From Octopus sinensis (Eukaryota), in the NCBI RefSeq assembly GCF_006345805.1, contig NC_043013.1, forward strand, positions 25,792,001-25,856,000: a stretch of 64,000 nt of DNA. Reading direction: 5' to 3'. The notes beneath the pieces were generated by a model. The model searched no databases. It was not told where the DNA came from and worked only from the letters and a program-made list of their open reading frames with translations. Positions 1-13,550 of this stretch are shown piece after piece. Position numbers and translations under genes: made by a program. Every line of letters begins with the position of its first letter. The first letter of the stretch is position 1.

Positions 1-194
1 GAATTTAGTATCTGCTTCTGGTGAAAGCCCAAAACACGGAATGACGTGTGCTACAACCCGATGATGTCATTCATATCTCATCTTGGCATGTTGTCACGCA
101 CATTTGTTTCTAAGGAGAATTTCTCTTCCGACGCAGTTTTCGCAGCCAAGGTCATTTCACATTCGACTGTACACAAACATGTTAAATATAACCG

Positions 195-212
195 TCATCA
201 TCGTCGTCGTCG

Positions 213-244
<32 letters not shown>

Positions 245-272
245 TCATCATCATCATCATCATCATCATCAT
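195..272. repeat. (CAT)n/(CGT)n microsatellite
   Basis: Direct reading of tandem CAT/CGT triplets; source of the poly-His/Ile/Ser/Asp/Met ORFs. Confidence 0.95.
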
Positions 273-495
273 TTAGCATCCGTTGTCCATGCTGGCATAG
301 GTTGGACGGTTTGATCAGGGCTGGCACGCTGGAAAGCTTCATCAGACTCCAGTCTGATTTGGCATGGTTTCTACGGCTAGATGCCCTTCCTAACGCCAAC
401 CACCCCGGGAGTGTAATGGGTGCTTTTACGTACCACCGAGACTGGTGCCATTTGCGTGACACCAGTATCTGGCTGCGATATCACTTGGTTTGATG
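273..495 (-). mobile_element. SINE-like interspersed repeat next to a (CAT)n tract
   Basis: Contains GGTTTCTACGGCTAGATGCCCTTCCTAACGCCAACC, a motif recalled from RTE-associated SINE-like repeats; family and strand assignment from memory only. Confidence 0.45.
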
Positions 496-787
496 GGTCT
501 TTTCAATACTTGGCTTAAAGGTCATGATCTAAAACAACCATCAGAAAGGCTTGTCTAATAGTAATGCCTGGACAATATTTTATAATCGATATCACTAAAA
601 AGCTGACTTGGATCTTGCTAAAATAGGGTGCCTCGAATGAATTGAATAAATAAATATACCTTTTTAGAACAAAGGGTTTCGAAGTACATAATCAGTGGAA
701 CCCGATCATTTTTTCGCCTATGGATCTCTTTGGGTCGTATTTTACTCAGGTGGACCCCCATAGCTTTTCAATATTCTAAAAAAGTCA

Positions 788-1200
788 GGGCAGCGTGCTG
801 GTAGAAACGTTAGCACGCCGGGCGAAATGCTTAGCGGTATTTCGTCTGCCGTTACGTTCTGAATTCAAATTCCACCGAGGTCGACTTTGCCTTTCATCCT
901 TTCGGGGTCGATAAATTAAGTACCAGTTATGCACTGGGGTCGATGTAATCGACTTAATCCGTTTGTCTGTCCTTGTTTGTCCTCTCTGTGTTTAGCCCCT
1001 TGTGGGTAGTAAAGAAATAGGTATTTCGTCTGCCGCTACGTTCTGAGTTCAAATTCCGCCGAGGTCGACTTTGCCTTTCATCCTTTCGGGGTCGATTAAA
1101 TAAGTACCAGTTACGCACTGGGGTCGATGTAATCGACATAAACCCTTTGTCTGTCCCTGTTTGTCCCCTCTGTGTTTAGACCCCCCCCCCGTTGGCAATA
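788..1200 (+). mobile_element. tRNA-derived SINE family A (MetaSINE-like core), dimeric copy
   Basis: A-box-like TGGTAGAAACGTTAG, B-box-like GAATTCAAATTCC, core GTCGACTTTGCCTTTCATCCTTTCGGGGTCGATAAATTAAGTACCAG; body repeated from ~1021 without the head. More than 20 related copies in the window. Confidence 0.85.
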
Positions 1201-1490
1201 AAGAAATAAATTGTCTAAAAAATCCCTATGCTTTTAAATAATTAAATATTAGGAATTGTGTAAAAAAAAATTAGTGAAATATATTGTGTATTGTAGAAGT
1301 ATAAGCGATTTTTTACAGATAAATTTTGACAAGGAAATCTTATGGAGAACCCTAACTGTTATGTGGACCCCGGCTGAGAAGCATTGCTATAAATACCAGC
1401 ATGTAAATATTGGGGTGAATAGCTCTTTAGGACAGAAACAATCCAAGTCAACATTATGCGCCTCGAGATCCTTTATCCCATCAAAGAATT

Positions 1491-1610
1491 ACAGTAATCC
1501 CTCACCATATCGCGGTTCATCTATCGCGGTTCACCTATCGCGGTTCACCTATTGCGATTCACCTATTGCAGTTCACCTATTGCGATTTACCTATTGCAGT
1601 TTATTATTTA
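1491..1610 (+). repeat. 15-bp minisatellite (CACCTATCGCGGTT-like, ~7 units) after a pogo/Tigger-like terminus
   Basis: Tandem units read directly at 1503-1600; preceded by TACAGTAATCCCTC, and a similar start (TACAGTAATCTCTCG) occurs at ~60354. Confidence 0.5.
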
Positions 1611-1653
1611 AGCTTACGTCGATTCCTCCGCGGTGCTGTTTTGGGCAAGTGTC

Positions 1654-1716
<63 letters not shown>

Positions 1717-2261
1717 CATATATAATTTTCGAACCCAATTGGGTTTGGTATCAACATCACTTGACCAAACCTCAGAGAAGCAAGCTTGCCAACCTGTTTT
1801 TTACATCCGCAACAAATCGACTCAACTCCAGAGAAGTGGAGTGACTAATTTGGCTATTATAAGTATTTAACCCTTTATTTAATATCAGCGTCTTATCAAC
1901 GGGTATCTCAATCCACACAGTATCATGCTATAATATTTATTAGTTCGTCCGTCGTTGTCGACGATGACCAAGGAGATCACAAGGGAGAAGGAAACGAGGT
2001 ACGGTGTGTCCAGATGTGGCTGATCAGTCCGATGCATGCTGGAAGACTCTGTTGCAGGTTGGGCATTGGAAATCTGTTGGGACTGAAGGCAAAGATTTGA
2101 CTCTGAAGTTGTGTAGTTCGCGTTGTCTTTCTGCCCCTGTAGTTCTTTTCGGTTTGTAGAAGGTTTGCACACCTCTGTTGGCGCAGCTTTGTCAGGCAGG
2201 ATGGTCTTGTGCTTGCGTATCCCATGTGTCGGGGTTGCGCGCGCGTGTGTGTGTGTGTGTA

Positions 2262-2310
<49 letters not shown>

Positions 2311-3448
2311 TGTTGTGTGTGTGTGTGCGCGCGTGCGTGCGTATGTGTGTGTGTGTAGGACGTGCGTACTTTAATTTTCTTTTCTACTCTAAGCACAAGG
2401 CCCGAAATCTTTTGGGAGGAGGCCAGTCGATTAGATCGACTCCAGTAGGCAACTAGTACTTAATTTATCGACCCCGAAAGGATGAAAGGCGAAGTCAACC
2501 TCGGGCGTACTTTAATATTGTTGCAAAACCTATTTCATACGAGATCGAGTGCAGTCGATCGAAGTTTCCTCTGTTCTGTTTCTCATCCTTTCTTTATTCG
2601 ATCGATTCAGGAATGGGCTAAATGCAAATTTGACATAGCAATACCAAAACTTGGCAGAGGAATCGAAGTAAATGCTGCATGATTCTAGAACGATAAGCAA
2701 CACACTCAATTTTATTCATGATCTTTACAGACACACTTTTTTACCCACCCAAATTTTCTTTCTTTCTTTCTTTCTTTCCTCCTCCTCCTCCTCCTCTTCT
2801 TCTTCTTCTTCTTCTTCTTCCTCATCCTCTCCCCTCCTCCCCCTTCTCTTCTTCTTCTTCCTCCTCCTTCTCCTCCTCGTCGTCGTCGTCGTCCTTCTGT
2901 TTCTATTCGTATATGGATGGGAAGATTTATTTACAAGACTTGGGAGTTCTTTTTAAAATAGAAACACCAATAATGGTTCGGTATGTCGATTTGTAGAACT
3001 TTTCTAGAAACAGCCTCTGAAACATATCAATCCTTTTCTATAATGAGAAACCGAAGTGGGATCACAAGACAACAAGGAGAAAAAAAAAAGAAGAAGAAAA
3101 GAAGAACAGGGTCAGTTGTGGTTATTTTTCTTCTCCAAAGACTGTTATCTCTCAATATAGACAAGAACAAAAAAAGATGAAAATAAAAAATCCTTTTTGT
3201 TTTGCAACACTTGTTTTTGATTTATTGGTTTTGTTGTTTCGTTTCGTTCAACCAGTAACCTTTCTCTAAAAGTACAACTTTCCACACTGCTTAGTGGAAC
3301 AAAATGTTGCAGTTGTTTTATGACCCTCGGGAATTAGAAGCAGTTATTACGAATGGTTTATTTCGACCATAGAAAAAGAACAGACTGAATGGAATCGACT
3401 GTCAGAGAAGGAATTTCTGTTATCATTTGGTACGTATGTTCTGAACAG

Positions 3449-3756
3449 GAAGAAGAAGAAGAAGAAGAAGAAGAAGAAGAAGAAGAAGAAGAAGAAGAAG
3501 AAGAAGAAGAAGAAGAAGAAGAAGAAGAAGAAGAAGAAGAAGAAGAAGAAGAAGAAGGAGGAGGAGGAGGAGGAGGAGGAGAAGGAGGAGAAGAAGAAGG
3601 AGGAGAAGAAGAAGGAAGAGAAGAAGTAGGAGGAGAAGAAAAAGAAGAGGAAGAGGAGGGGAGGGGTACGAAAAGAAGAAGAAAGAAGGAAGAGAAGGAG
3701 GAGGAGAAGAAGAAAAGAGAGGAGGAGAAAAAGAAAACGAAAAAGAAGAGGAGTTT

Positions 3757-3810
<54 letters not shown>
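3449..3810. repeat. Compound (GAA)n/(GGA)n/(AAT)n microsatellite
   Basis: Direct reading; source of poly-Glu/Ser/Asn ORFs. Confidence 0.95.
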
Positions 3811-3812
<2 letters not shown>

Positions 3813-4362
3813 CCCTGATGCAGTACCAGGCAGTGGCTCTCATGGCTTCTGACCTTAACTGATTGGAAGTGTTATCATGTACATTGTTTTGTCTTGGTAT
3901 AAAAGATGGGCTACAGCAAATATTCTGCTCAATACCACAGATTTGCTTGTCAGTTGTTTGACCTTAACCAGTTGAGCATGTCCCTTAGTGGCTGACGATA
4001 TGTGCATCTCTGATCACGAGCAGAAGTAGTGGGGGAGCATCATAGCCATGTGTTGAGAGGGATTCTTTGGGTTTGAATAATTCACCTCTGGAAACATGGG
4101 TGGTTCTTTCAACATCCTTAAACAACCCTTATTCAGGGACCTTTTGAGCGGATGGGCTACTCAACCTGAAGAAAATTCTAACTGGGCCCCACCTGCAAGG
4201 TCATGTGCTGTTATCTTGATATGAGATCACCATGTCGCGCACATATGGTTGTGATGCATGTGCCTGGTGTACCTTTATCAGACGGGTAGTCATGATGGGT
4301 ATATTGGGCTTCGTATATTTTACCCCAGTGTCACTTTGATGGCATGCACTGCTCTCTCACTC
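3811..4362. mobile_element. ~552-bp (AAT)n-flanked interspersed repeat, copy 1
   Basis: Starts TGCCCTGATGCAGTACCAGG, ends GCTCTCTCACTC; near-identical copies at 5029-5582 and 50456-51010, partial copy at 4388-4705; all bounded by (AAT)n or (AAC)n/(AAT)n. Confidence 0.85.
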
Positions 4363-4387
4363 AATAATAATAATAATAATAATAATA

Positions 4388-4705
4388 AGTGGGGGAGTAT
4401 CATAGCCATGTGTTGAGAGGAATTCTTTGGGGGTTTGAATAATTTACCTCTGGAAACATGGGCATTTCGTTTAATATCCTTAAACAACTCTGGATGGGCT
4501 ATTTGACAGGAAGAAAATTCTAACTGGATCCCACCTGCAAGGCCATGCGCTGTTTATCTTGATATGAGATCATCGTGTCACGAACATATGGTTGTGATGC
4601 ATGTGCCTGGTTTACCCTAATCAGATGGGTAGTCATGATGGGTATATTGGGCTTCGTATATTTTACTCCAGTGTCACTTTGATGGCATGCGCTGCTCTCT
4701 CACGC
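4388..4705. mobile_element. (AAT)n-flanked repeat, truncated and more diverged copy
   Basis: Matches the right-hand ~320 bp of 3811-4362. Confidence 0.8.
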
Positions 4706-4740
4706 AATAACAACAACAACAACAACAATAATAATAATAG

Positions 4741-4904
4741 GAACAAATAGGGGCTGCAATAAAGGTGGAGCACTTGCAGAAAACAGCACTGCTTGGAACC
4801 GCTCGAATACTTCGGAAGGTGCTCGAAAAATAAGAGGTGTTACTTTAGTTCACTGGTAGTGAACAGCTGACATCGTAGTACATCTCCAGCATTAGAAGCT
4901 GTGC
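4741..4904 (+). mobile_element. 3' end of an R4/Dong-like (RLE-endonuclease) non-LTR retrotransposon
   Basis: 4741-4833 translates EQIGAAIKVEHLQKTALLGTARILRKVLEK*, matching the LQK.ALLGTA.ILR.VL C-terminus of R4/Dong ORFs; short UTR then (AAT)n tail. Confidence 0.75.
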
Positions 4905-4966
<62 letters not shown>

Positions 4967-4977
4967 CAACAATAATA

Positions 4978-5028
<51 letters not shown>

Positions 5029-5582
5029 GCCCTGATGCAGTACCAGGCAGTGGCTCTCATGGCTTCTGATCTTAACTGATTGGAAGTGTTATCATGTACA
5101 TTGTTTTGTCTTGGTATAAAAAATGGGCTACAGCAAATATTCTGCTCAATACCACAGATTTGCTTGTCAGTTGTTTGGCCTTAACCAGTTGAGCATGTCC
5201 CTTAGTGGCTGATGATATGTGCATTTCTGATCACGAGCAGAAGTAGTGGGGTAGCATCATGGCCATGTGTTGAGAGGGATTCTTTAGGGTTTGAATAATT
5301 CACCTCTGGAAACATAGGTGTTTCGTTCAACATCCTAAAGCAACCCTTATTCAGGGACCTTTTGAGCAGGATGGGCTACTCAACCTGAAGAAAATTCTAA
5401 CTGGGCCCCACCTGCAAGGTCATGTGCTGTTTATCTTGATATGAGATCACCATGTCGCGCACATATGGTTGTGATGCATGTGCCTGGTGTACCTTTATCA
5501 GACGGGTAGTCATGATGGGTATATTGGGCTTCGTATATTTTACCCCAGTGTCACTTTGATGGCATGAACTGCTCTCTCACTC
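5029..5582. mobile_element. (AAT)n-flanked repeat, full copy
   Basis: Near-identical to 3811-4362; flanked by (AAT)n on both sides. Confidence 0.85.
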
Positions 5583-6221
5583 AATAATAATAATAATAAT
5601 GATAATGATAATAATAATAATGAGTTCACCATACTATCTCTTTTTCCACAGTCACCAGATAAATGAAAATTGCCTACCCCTCCCGGTTAAAGGAAGCCAG
5701 TATGGAGTCAGTATGGATTCAGCTGATAGCCGGATCCGTCCTACACGTGACAACAGGTGTTCGACATGAACCCGCAGGTCAGCGAAGCTCGGACACTCGA
5801 CGAGGGCGTGGAACGGTTTCGTCGCTCTGTAACATATGCATCAGATAGTATATATTGCAATATATTCACAATATTAGTAGTGATAAAAAGGCGGTGAGCT
5901 GACAGAATCTTTAGTGCACCGGACAAAATGCTTAACGGCATTTCGTCCAGTTCTATATTTAAGAGATGAGGAATTATGTACATTATTTACATTTACAGTT
6001 ACAAGATGAGGACAAATATCCGTCGAATGTAAATAATGTAAATAATGGGCATTTCGTCCGTTTTTACATTCAACTTCCGCTAATGACGACTTTGCTTTTC
6101 ATCCTTTCAGGGTCGATAGAATAAGTACTGGCTGAACACTGGGGTCAATGTAATCGGCTTAGCCTCTTCCCCGAAATTGCTGGCAGCGGTGGCAGTAGTG
6201 TGAACGGTTGTGGTGAGGAAG

Positions 6222-6452
6222 GCACCGAGCTGGCAGAATCGTTAGCATGCCGGGCGAAATGCTTAGTGGTATTTCATCTGTCGCTACGTTCTGAGTTCAA
6301 ATTCCGCCGAGGTCGACTTTGCCTTTCATCCTTTCGGGGTCGATTAAATAAGTACCAGTTACGCACTGGGGTCGATATAATCGACTTAATCCGTTTGTCT
6401 GTCCTTGTTTGTCCTCTCTGTGTTTAGCCCCTTGTGGGTAGTAAAGAAATAG
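6222..6452 (+). mobile_element. SINE family A copy
   Basis: Same head, core and tail as 788-1020; further partial copies at ~5895-5950 and ~6050-6190. Confidence 0.85.
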
Positions 6453-7414
6453 GTTGTGGTGAGGAAGATTGAGAAATTTGTGTCGTTGTGGCTGTGATGG
6501 TGACCGTTGTGGTATCAGTGCTTGGTAAATGTAACCTTAAAGGGTCGCTTGAGAACCTTTGAAGACAGTCTTCTAACGAAGAGATTCAAATGAATTATCC
6601 ACTGAAGTGTTCCCACCTCCCATTGCATTCTTCTAGCTGATGGAATGACTTGAACCCAGAACCCAAAACAATCCCATGTTGCATGTATTCGTTAGATCTT
6701 CCCCAGAAACTGCCCAGTAGAGTAAGTGTAGGCAACCTGAACCTTTAGGGTCGCACGTAGCCGTTTGTGATTTCGTTCTATGGCCGTGTAATCCAAAAAT
6801 AATTTCTTAATTCTATTTTTTTCTCTTCTTAATATATTCAAAGCTGTCATGAATTAAGTTTTTCTGCTGACTGGTTTCACTCTTTCTGCCACACTTGAAG
6901 GAGAAAGTAATAGCTGTGCTGAGAGAGGTGAACGGGAAGGGGAAAGAAAGTACGATAAAGAGAGGTCATTTAGAAAGATAAATTAGATAGGTAGAAAACT
7001 GATAGGATGGGATTCAATAGTTTCGGAGACTGGCAGTCATGAGCATAGGGATGGGGTAAAAAGGTGGACAAAACTAAGATAACACTCTACACTAAATAAC
7101 GGATATTGAGATGCGATGTAATAAAATAAAAGAGAGAAAGAGGGACAAAGATATTTGTGATTGATATGAAATTGTGCGAGAGTAATTTTGTTAGTTGATA
7201 TTCTGAGAGTCACAAAGTAGAGAAAACTGAGATCCATTGTTTTAGAGAAAGAGATTTCTTGACTATTTGTAGCTCAGTGTCAGCTCCCACCGAATGGCGT
7301 TTTACAAATGCCCCCCACTCTATGTTTTACATTAAAAACCCTAGAAAAATGCAAACTGATTACATTAATCAAATAAGCTAATTTTGCGCGGTGGTTTATT
7401 ACTTACATGTTCTT

Positions 7415-7752
7415 GCGTGGAGGCGCAATGGCCCAGTAGTTAGGGCAGCGGACTTGTGGTCGTAGGATCGCGGTTTCGATTGTGAATGTTTATTGAGCGA
7501 AAACACCTAAAGCTCCATGAGGTTCCGGCAGGGGGTGTACTCTTTCATCACAACTTTCTCACTATTTTTCCTGTTTCTGTTGTACCTGTATTTCAAAGGG
7601 TCATCTTTGTCACACTCTGTGTCACGCTAATCTCCCCGAGAACTACATGTCTGTGGAGTGCTCAGCCACTTGCACGTTAATTTCACGAGCAGGCCGTTCC
7701 GTTGATCAGATCAACTGGAACCCTCGTCGTCGTAACCGACAGAGTGCCACGA
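7415..7752 (+). mobile_element. tRNA-derived SINE family C
   Basis: Head GGAGGCGCAATGGCCCAGTAGTTAGGGCAGCGGAC...GGTTTCGATT; same family at 62405-62720 (+), ~23335-23555 (-) and fragments at 36460-37180. Confidence 0.75.
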
Positions 7753-8099
7753 CGACGATATGTTCTTGCGCTATCCCATTCCAGCTTGTATAGCTGTTTA
7801 TATGTAGTTTTGGTGAAGCATTGTCTGATATTATTTAAAAGAGATTTCTTATGTAAGACCGGAACAATACAAGAAGATATTAATTGCAAAAACAAACCTA
7901 AACAAAACAAAAGTTGTAGTTTTATCTCAGAGTCATCTGAGCAACGATCTTTTTCCATCGCTCGTTTCTCCAAATATCCTGAAGAAGAGCTCGTAGCCTC
8001 AAAATATAGACATATAAGGTAAAACTACAACTTTGTCTTGTTTTATTTATTTTTGTAGTTTACTTTATATCTTCTCGCGTTGTTCCGGCCTTACGCAGT

Positions 8100-8148
<49 letters not shown>

Positions 8149-8539
8149 TCTCTCTCTCTTTATATATTTGTATGGACAAGTGTCCTCCAAGATAAATTTT
8201 CATGAAAATTACTAAAAGAAGCAAAGACTTCGATAATTTCTGTAATGAAATTATATTAAATATTAGCGCCTCATTCAATACATTTCTGGTCATCCCAGTC
8301 ATTCAAATGTATTTTAAAAATAAGTTACAGTACTTCGATTAAATAATTAAATCTAACAAACATCACGGCCCTTGTCAATACTCAACAGCCACCTAATGTC
8401 CGCATGATATTCATTGCGTCCTCGTCAGCTCACATGGATTCTCGCGTTAAGTATAGAGCTCAGCTTCTTCGATTTTCTCTCATACAAACAAAAAAAAGAA
8501 AAGAAAAGAAAAAAACAAAAAGTACCAACAAAATCTGAA

Positions 8540-8920
8540 GTACCTGTGTGGTAAGAAGCTTTCTTCCCAACCACATGGTCCTGGGTTCAGTCCCACTGTG
8601 TGGTACCTTGGGCAAGTGTCTTCTACTATAGCTTCAGGCTGATCAAAGCCTTGTGAGTGGATTTGGTAGGCGGAAACTGAAGGAAACCCTTTGTCTGTGT
8701 GTGTGTTCTTGTGTCAATATTTGTTTCTCCCCCCACCACTCAACAATCGGTGTTGGTAGGTTTACGTCCGGTAGCTTAATGTTTCAGCAAAACAGACCGA
8801 CAAAATAAGTACCAGGCTTTAAAAGAAACGTACTGGAGTCGATTCATTCGACTAAGAATTCTTCAAAGAGGTATTCCAGTATGGCTGCAGTCTGATGATT
8901 GAAATAAGTAAAAGATAAGA
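8540..8920 (+). mobile_element. tRNA-derived SINE family B (CORE-like domain, internal microsatellite)
   Basis: GTGGTAAGAAGC...GGGTTCAGTCCCACTGTGTGGTACCTTGGGCAAGTGTCTTCTACTATAGC head/core; tail ending ATGGCTGCAGTCTGATGATTGAAATAAGTAAAAG. Confidence 0.8.
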
Positions 8921-9086
8921 GATTAAAAAGTGTTACGCAAACAAATTCTTGCTCTATTTCATTCCAGAATATTAATTACAGAAAAAAAAGTCTTACATTC
9001 GTCGCGGAAGTAGTTGGCGCGTTTAAACAAGAGAGAAAGAGAAAGAGAAGGAAAGAACGAGAGAAAGAGAGAGAGAGAGAAAGAAA

Positions 9087-9132
<46 letters not shown>

Positions 9133-9339
9133 ACGAGAGGAAGAGGGAGAGAGTGCTGAAATGAAAACGATGAAAGGCAACAGTGTTTTAACAATCGTCA
9201 CAAAGTCATCCATGCAAACGTACATACATATATCTGTATACAATTCGCACTTATGTCATTCATAACACGCACAGCTGGATACACACGCTATGACTTACAC
9301 ACACGGACACGTGCACTTAGACACAAACGTAAATGTAAA

Positions 9340-9890
<551 letters not shown>

Positions 9891-10021
9891 TACAAATACA
9901 CATAATTTAAGCTTGTAAGGACATGCACAGCATGAATAATAGCATTGCTGAATGGCTAAACCATATATATATATATATATATATATACGATTCGATTCGT
10001 TTGGTTTCGTTTCTCTAAGCT

Positions 10022-10082
<61 letters not shown>

Positions 10083-10084
10083 CT

Positions 10085-10716
10085 GGATGGATTCTCCGAA
10101 CTTTCAGAACAAGACAGAAGGAGACACTGATGGTCCTCTGGAAAACATTTGTCCTCAGCCGTTTGGACTACTGCTTCCAACTATGGTCACCACACAATAT
10201 AAAACTAACAGCAGAACTCGAAGCAATTAAGGGAAGCTACACAAAGAAGATCGTCTCAATGCAAAATATCAGCTACTGGGAAAGACTGAAAGTATTAAAT
10301 CTCTTCTCCCTAGAGCGGAGGCGGGAGAGATATGCGGTGATATACATCTGGAAAATCCTGGAGGGTCTTGTCCCAAACTTTGGCATTCAAAGTTACCCCA
10401 ACTGCAGAACGGGGCGCCACTGCATGGTGCCAAAGATTCCAACATCACCATCAAAATACAGGACCAGATACTGCAACAGCTTGGGTTTCAGAGGACCACA
10501 GCTCTTAACATCCTCCCTAAATGCCTAAGAGACTTTACATGGTGTGGATTTGGGTTTCTTAAAACTAAACTGGATCTCTTCTTGTCGGGAGTCCCAGATG
10601 AACCTACCTCACGACAGGAGACGCAGATGCGGGCAGAGCATCGAACTCCCTTGTTGATCAAGTGCCACGTACCAGAGTGGGATTCACTATTAGTGTAGCT
10701 CATTCAGCGGTGGTGC
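10085..10716 (+). mobile_element. 5'-truncated CR1/L2-clade LINE, RT C-terminal region and 3' end
   Basis: ORF 10130-10528 VLSRLDYCFQLWSP...YWERLKVLNLFSLERRRERY...IWKILEGLVPN; after a frameshift continues to LDLFLSGVPDEP; typical CR1/L2 ORF2 C-terminus. Confidence 0.85.
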
Positions 10717-10728
10717 GGCCATGCTGGG

Positions 10729-10877
10729 GCACCACCGCTGAATGAGCTACACTAATATGTGAATCCACCTCTGGTACGTGGCACTTGATCAACAAGGGAG
10801 TTCGATGCTGCTGCCCGCATCTGCGTCTCCTGTCGTGAGGTAGGTTCATCTGGGACTCCCGACAAGAAGAGATCCAG
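10729..10877 (-). repeat. Fold-back inverted copy of the LINE 3' end (10570-10716)
   Basis: Reverse complement match read directly; ~148-bp arms, 12-nt spacer. Confidence 0.9.
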
Positions 10878-11509
10878 AATAAATATATATATATTCACAG
10901 ACAGACAGACAGACACACACAAACACACACTTTTTTTTTCATTAAAACCGAAAAAATCTTCACAAGCTGTTACTCAAAAGTTTGTGAAGACACTTTTGGC
11001 TTTACTAAAAAGCATCTTACTCTACTTTTGGTAGCTGAGTACTATTTTCCCCACCTTGTTTGCATTTGTGCGCTTATAAGAAAAAGAGATTACAACGGAC
11101 AAAACGATTACCTTAAGAACTTCATTAGCTTACAGCTGTTTCTGCTAAACGATGCAGTGGACGCATGGTTGAGCGCCTGTGTAACATCTCATGGTAGAAA
11201 CAGCTGTAAGTTAATGAAGTCTATAAGATAATCGTTTATTCGTTTGTCATCGCCTTTTCTTATTACCGCTCTTTACTCGTCTAAAGCTTCCTTCTGAAGC
11301 ATATGGTTATTGAGCTCTATACCGGGTTGTTAGTCTCGGTGGTTAGTAAAAGTAACCTTAAAGTGTCGCTTTAGCACCTTTGAAGACAGTCTTCTAATGA
11401 AGAAATTCAAAGGAATTATCCAATAGAGTGTTCCCACCTCCCATTGCATTATACTAGCTGAATAATGGCAACCTGAAGCATGCAGCCGTTTGTGATTTCG
11501 TTCTAAGGC

Positions 11510-11560
<51 letters not shown>

Positions 11561-12139
11561 ATTTTATTACAATGCCTCTCAATATCCATTATTTAGTGTA
11601 GAGTGTTATCTTAATTTTTTCCACCTTTTTACCCCATCCCTCCATATATTTATCCCTATGTTCATGACTGCCAGTCTCCGAAACTATTGAATCCCATCCT
11701 ATCAGTTTCCTACCTTTATTCAACAAAAACAAGAACAACATGTAGCAAAAATATCTTTATATGATTATTCTGGAGCATATTCACCATCTACTTCAATTAC
11801 TGCTTCCCATTTGCTTGGCAGACGGTCATACTGTCATTTAAAGATGTTTTTGTTAAATATTGTTATCGTTTTTGTTGAATAAAAGCCGCAATAATTATGC
11901 ACCAACTCGGTATATATATAAAGTGTCCAAACTGCTAGAATCGCACCATCAGGATATAACTTGAAGCGAAAATAGAATGTAAATCTGGGAACTTGTAAAG
12001 TATCTTACATCACCTGATGAAGCGTTGTATTTGGTCTTATTACATTGTTCCACGCCCACTAGGGAACAGTGGAGAATGAAGCCGAAACGATTGTTATGCC
12101 AATAAAGGCTTCTAGTTACACACTGCCTTCCGTATCAAT

Positions 12140-12830
12140 CATTTAAAATATACTTACGGGCACTTAGGAATTCCAGACCAGGATCCAACGACGAACACAC
12201 TGCCCCCTCATTTGCGCCTCCTACCGCGAGGTAGGTTCCTCGAAAAGAAGAGATCCAGTTTTGATTTGAAAACACCTATATCCAATTTGTGTAGGTTTCT
12301 CAGGCTTTCGGGCAGAATATATCAAAAAGATGCGGGCCTCTGAAACCCAGGCTGTTGCAGTAACTGGTTATGAAGCGCAACGGCATTATTGGGATCTTTG
12401 GCACTGTGCACTGGCGATCAGTTCTGGCATTTGTATAGATTTGAATGCCAATATGTGGTAAAATCTCTTCCAGGAACTTCCAGACGTATATTCTTTTATG
12501 CTCTAGGCACAAGGCCCAAAATTTTTGGGGAAGGGACCAGTCGATTAGACCGACCCCAGTGCGTAACTGATACTTAATTTATCGATCCCGAAAGGATGAA
12601 AGGAAAAGTCGACTTCGGCAGAATTTGAACCCAGAACGTAAAGACAAACAAAATACCGCTAAGCATTTCACCCGACGTGCTAACATTTCTACCAGCTCAC
12701 CGCCTTACTTCCAGATGTATATTACTGCATATCTCACCTGCCTTCGCTCCAGGGAGTAGAGTCTTAGCTACTGCAGTCTTTTCCAGTAGATGAGCTGTTG
12801 CAATGAGACGACTTTCTTTGTGAAGCCTCG
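12140..12830 (-). mobile_element. Degraded CR1/L2-clade LINE 3' fragment, interrupted by a family A SINE (~12501-12708)
   Basis: Minus ORF 12300-12512 IYVWKFLEEILPHIGIQIYTNARTDRQCTVPKIP...YCNSLGFRGPHLF is homologous to 10130-10528. Confidence 0.8.
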
Positions 12831-13214
12831 ATGGATTGCTTCAAAGTCCGCTGTTAATTTCATAATTTAGGGTGACAAAAATTACCATATTAGGTGATTT
12901 TGTAATATAAAATTCTTGTAGGTAAGAATTAAGTTTTTGAAATGGGAGGTTGGTTTTGGTCCAGTGTTGGAGTTCGTGAAATGTTCATATTAAATATGGA
13001 TTCGTTTTCCCCAGGATGTCATCGTCCCTTTCGATGCAAAAAGTCCCTTTTTCTTCACCCCCACCCAGTACTTGCACACTGTTATTTATAGCTTTATCTG
13101 CTTCCAGATACAACGTTCCAAAAAGAATTATTTCACGTTCTTGAAATTTCTAAATTCTCATGGCGCCAACAATACATAGACTTGTGTGTATGTATGTATA
13201 GGTGTGTGTGAAAT

Positions 13215-13260
<46 letters not shown>

Positions 13261-13550
13261 ACAAAACACACATACACACACACATATATGGCACGTCTAT
13301 ATATGTGTCCGTGTTAAAATAAAAACTAGTGTTACATCGAAAAAGTAACTTGGTCACTCGATAAATTCTGATCGATAAAACAATTATAAGATTGAAATAA
13401 ATATCTTGTGATCGATGTGATCGAGGAAAGCCTTTGAAGGCGATATCCCAGCCTACAATGCAGTTCAATGACTGAAACTTATCAATGAGTAAAAGAATTA
13501 ATTGATAGCGTTGAATTGAGAAATATTGAGAAAACATTACTGACTTAAGA

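Noticed and set aside
788-900. SINE heads as tRNA genes
   Set aside because: They have A/B-box-like motifs but no cloverleaf I could fold, and they continue into SINE core and tail sequence in many copies.
3358-3862. Poly-Glu/Ser ORFs (also 41229-41539 poly-Lys/Arg/Ser)
   Set aside because: Translations of (GAA)n/(TTC)n tracts.
5700-5830. GC-rich segment as an HDV-like ribozyme of an RTE 5' end
   Set aside because: I could not find matching P3/P1 pairings by eye; needs a descriptor search.
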